The translations under genes were made by a program, and so were the position numbers. A DNA stretch of 18,973 nucleotides. Source: Candidatus Bathyarchaeia archaeon. Lineage in GTDB: Archaea; Thermoproteota; Bathyarchaeia; TCS64. Of this stretch, positions 17,016 to 18,973 are shown piece by piece; within the stretch, counting starts at the first letter, position 1, and each line of letters opens with the position of its first letter. The DNA lies in assembly GCA_050014495.1 (NCBI GenBank), contig JBEKDF010000046.1, positions 1 through 18,973 of the forward strand. Direction: 5' to 3'. The notes beneath the pieces were generated by a model. The model saw only the letters and a list, made by a program, of their open reading frames with translations, had not been told where the DNA came from and made no database searches.

Positions 17016-17168
17016 ATGAGCCAAGACCCAAAACAAAAACAACTCAAGGATTTGATACCAGAGACTAAGAAAACCACACTCAGTTTCTTAGAATGGCAGA
17101 TACTACAGGCAAAGCTGAAAAAAGAGGTAGACAAAAGAACAGCCCTCTATCGGGGGATAAGTTATTGA
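17016..17168 (+). CDS. 50-aa ORF; possibly the true N-terminus of the downstream ATPase via a frameshift
   Basis: MSQDPKQKQLKDLIPETKKTTLSFLEWQILQAKLKKEVDKRTALYRGISY*; GGTGA SD just upstream; overlaps ORF 17093 in another frame. Confidence 0.5.
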   Translation: MSQDPKQKQLKDLIPETKKTTLSFLEWQILQAKLKKEVDKRTALYRGISY

Positions 17169-18685
17169 CCATCACACAAAGATATGAAAAAAATCCAAAG
17201 GGAACACCACCAGAACCAGACTTAATTACAATTATACCTGAATCAAAAGACATTGCAGAATGGCAACAGAACTTAAACGAATTGGATATTCAAAAAGAAA
17301 TGTCTGTATGTGGTTACCTTGAGGCAATGAAATTCTTTCAAGCCCAACAGGTAACACCAGCACCACAAGCCAAACCAGTGAAAGAGATTCAACCAGCACC
17401 AGAGCCAAAGATAAAACAACAAGAAGATATGTTCTATCCTGCATTTGGTCTATACCAAAGCCCCTTCAGACTATCAGATCAAGGCAGTGAAAGAACAGAA
17501 TTAGAGGCAGAACTCGGCTTTTCTTTCAAACCAATTCCAACCAGTGCTTACATGGAGGTATTAATCAAGACTGTAACAGGTGCGGACACACTCTTTCTAG
17601 GTGAAAGAGGCCTAGGAAAGTCTACCATTGGTGAATTGCTCAAAGAGGACTTAACAAAGAAAGGAAAGCCCATCTACACAGTGATCGCGCCCAAGACCTT
17701 TATCCAATTCTATCAAAACCTTTGGCAAGAATTTTTAAAAGGGATTGACTTCAACTTCGTTTCTAAAAAAGAAGCCAACGAATCAATTAGGCATAGTATG
17801 GAAAGAAACAACTATCTTTCAAACCCAATATTTGTTCAACGTGATGAAAAGGGAATTCCTGTAAGTTCTTTCCCCATGGTATGTTCTCACCCTGCTTGTC
17901 CACATAAGCCAAAGTGTGCGTTAACTGAGACAGATAATAATCATACAATGGACTTTCTATATTTGCCATTATATAATTTCCCAAAGGATATTAATTGCCC
18001 ACTTTTTAGGTGGCTAATTGTTAAGATTGCAGACTTATACGAAATAAAAGGAACCCTATTCCTTGATGCCCCAGACGATCTTATCAAGCACAATAATATT
18101 GAATATTTCACAGCCCTGATTGCCGAACTGCGAATCAACAAGAACTTAATCATAATGATAACAAGGGAACAGTACGAAAAAATGCGCAAGTCTGAATATT
18201 TCACTAGATGGCAATTCCAAGAGCTAAAACGAATGACTCAGGGCGAACTTAAACAGGTCTTGCTTAGTAGGATCGAAACCGTGAGGGATAACAGCAAAGA
18301 ATATCCAAATCTCTTTTGTGAGGAAACCCTAACCTATATTGTAAACCAAGCCAATGGAAATCCACGCAAAGCGATCCAATACTCTGAAAGAGTGCTTGAA
18401 ATAATGTTGGCTCAAGACTCCAAGACCGGCGCCAATCTTGAATTCACTCTCAATGCACTAGAGGGCAGGTTACCAACAACACTAACCCTTGGGGATGCAC
18501 TCGAAAACATTGTTAGAGAATACAGGGAAAAGAAAGCTGGTTGGGTTCGCGGTTCGGAGATAAACCGAAAACTTGTGGAAGAGTATAACCTTGTCAACAT
18601 TAACCCCGCCTCTTTAGGCAGAAAGCTAAAGAACATGCATGTTGAGAACAGGTACACACCTTATGCAGAATACTATTTTAATTAG
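17093..18685 (+). CDS. AAA+ ATPase (Orc1/Cdc6-, TnsC- or ExeA-like) with Cys-rich insert and C-terminal wHTH-like domain
   Basis: FGLYQSPF N-terminal motif, Walker A GERGLGKST (17600-17626), Walker B-like TLFLDAPD, sensor-2 ANGNPRKA, C-terminal GSEINRKL...PASLGRKLK. Confidence 0.8.
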   Translation: MADTTGKAEKRGRQKNSPLSGDKLLTITQRYEKNPKGTPPEPDLITIIPESKDIAEWQQNLNELDIQKEMSVCGYLEAMKFFQAQQVTPAPQAKPVKEIQPAPEPKIKQQEDMFYPAFGLYQSPFRLSDQGSERTELEAELGFSFKPIPTSAYMEVLIKTVTGADTLFLGERGLGKSTIGELLKEDLTKKGKPIYTVIAPKTFIQFYQNLWQEFLKGIDFNFVSKKEANESIRHSMERNNYLSNPIFVQRDEKGIPVSSFPMVCSHPACPHKPKCALTETDNNHTMDFLYLPLYNFPKDINCPLFRWLIVKIADLYEIKGTLFLDAPDDLIKHNNIEYFTALIAELRINKNLIIMITREQYEKMRKSEYFTRWQFQELKRMTQGELKQVLLSRIETVRDNSKEYPNLFCEETLTYIVNQANGNPRKAIQYSERVLEIMLAQDSKTGANLEFTLNALEGRLPTTLTLGDALENIVREYREKKAGWVRGSEINRKLVEEYNLVNINPASLGRKLKNMHVENRYTPYAEYYFN

Positions 18686-18686
18686 A

Positions 18687-18720
18687 GGAACTAAAGGTAC
18701 TAAAGGAACTAAAAGGAAAT
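18687..18720 (+). repeat. 9-bp tandem repeat GGWACTAAA x3 plus a degenerate fourth copy
   Basis: GGAACTAAA GGTACTAAA GGAACTAAA AGGAAAT, starting 2 nt after the ATPase stop. Confidence 0.8.
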
Positions 18721-18829
18721 TCTCTCTTTTTATAAAAACAAACTTACGATCTTTTTGAGGCACACTGAACTTTAATTTTTGAAGAACTGAAGGTTAGAGC
18801 ATTCGTAGTAACCTCTGATTTTAATTGTT

Positions 18830-18973
18830 CACCCAACAAAGCCAACAATCGAAGCGTATAAACAGACCAACAACACCCCCAAGAACCCAAAAATCAAACC
18901 TAACCAACCAAAAACAGACACCGAAACACACCCAAACCAACCAAAAAAACGCCCCAAACCACCCCAACCACCC
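18830..18973. other. Low-complexity A/C-rich tract
   Basis: Forward strand is nearly devoid of G and T, with (C)nA(n) runs up to the window end. Confidence 0.6.

Larger units (their letters stand above)
15055..18973. mobile_element. Left part of an integrative element (provirus or integrated plasmid); right end not in window
   Basis: Host gene interrupted about 60 bp before a tyrosine integrase, abrupt shift to A-rich lower-GC sequence, then small orphan ORFs and an AAA+ ATPase. Confidence 0.8.

Noticed and set aside
15526..18657. Minus-strand ORFs opposite the integrase, small genes and ATPase
   Set aside because: Antisense shadows produced by A-rich codon usage on the plus strand.

Overview
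Archaeal chromosomal window. The ATP-dependent DNA ligase, GGTGA-type Shine-Dalgarno sites, TATA-like promoters and the type of solo Cas1 suggest Bathyarchaeia or a related TACK lineage; this taxonomy is inference. It has three zones. (1) 1-3600 is a decaying accessory zone with two orphan ORFs, a 5'-truncated, doubly frameshifted stand-alone cas1 (no array, cas2 or PolB in view) and an in-frame chimera of a PfpI/DJ-1 fragment with an unrelated protein; several breakpoints coincide with short (CG)n runs. (2) 3600-15055 is housekeeping and metabolic: PurN-like formyltransferase, YbaK deacylase, HExxH protein, DNA ligase, GNAT, FAH hydrolase, M20 hydrolase plus a paralog remnant, methyltransferase, tRNA-binding protein, SDR and two small zinc-finger genes missed by the ORF track. 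(3) 15055-end is the left end of an AT-richer integrative element that appears to have inserted inside a polysaccharide deacetylase gene. It carries a tyrosine integrase with non-canonical catalytic motifs, a Zn-ribbon protein, a small ORF, and an AAA+ ATPase with a Cys-rich insert and C-terminal wHTH-like domain, followed directly by 9-bp tandem repeats (candidate iterons). All calls come from motif recognition by eye; no database search was run.
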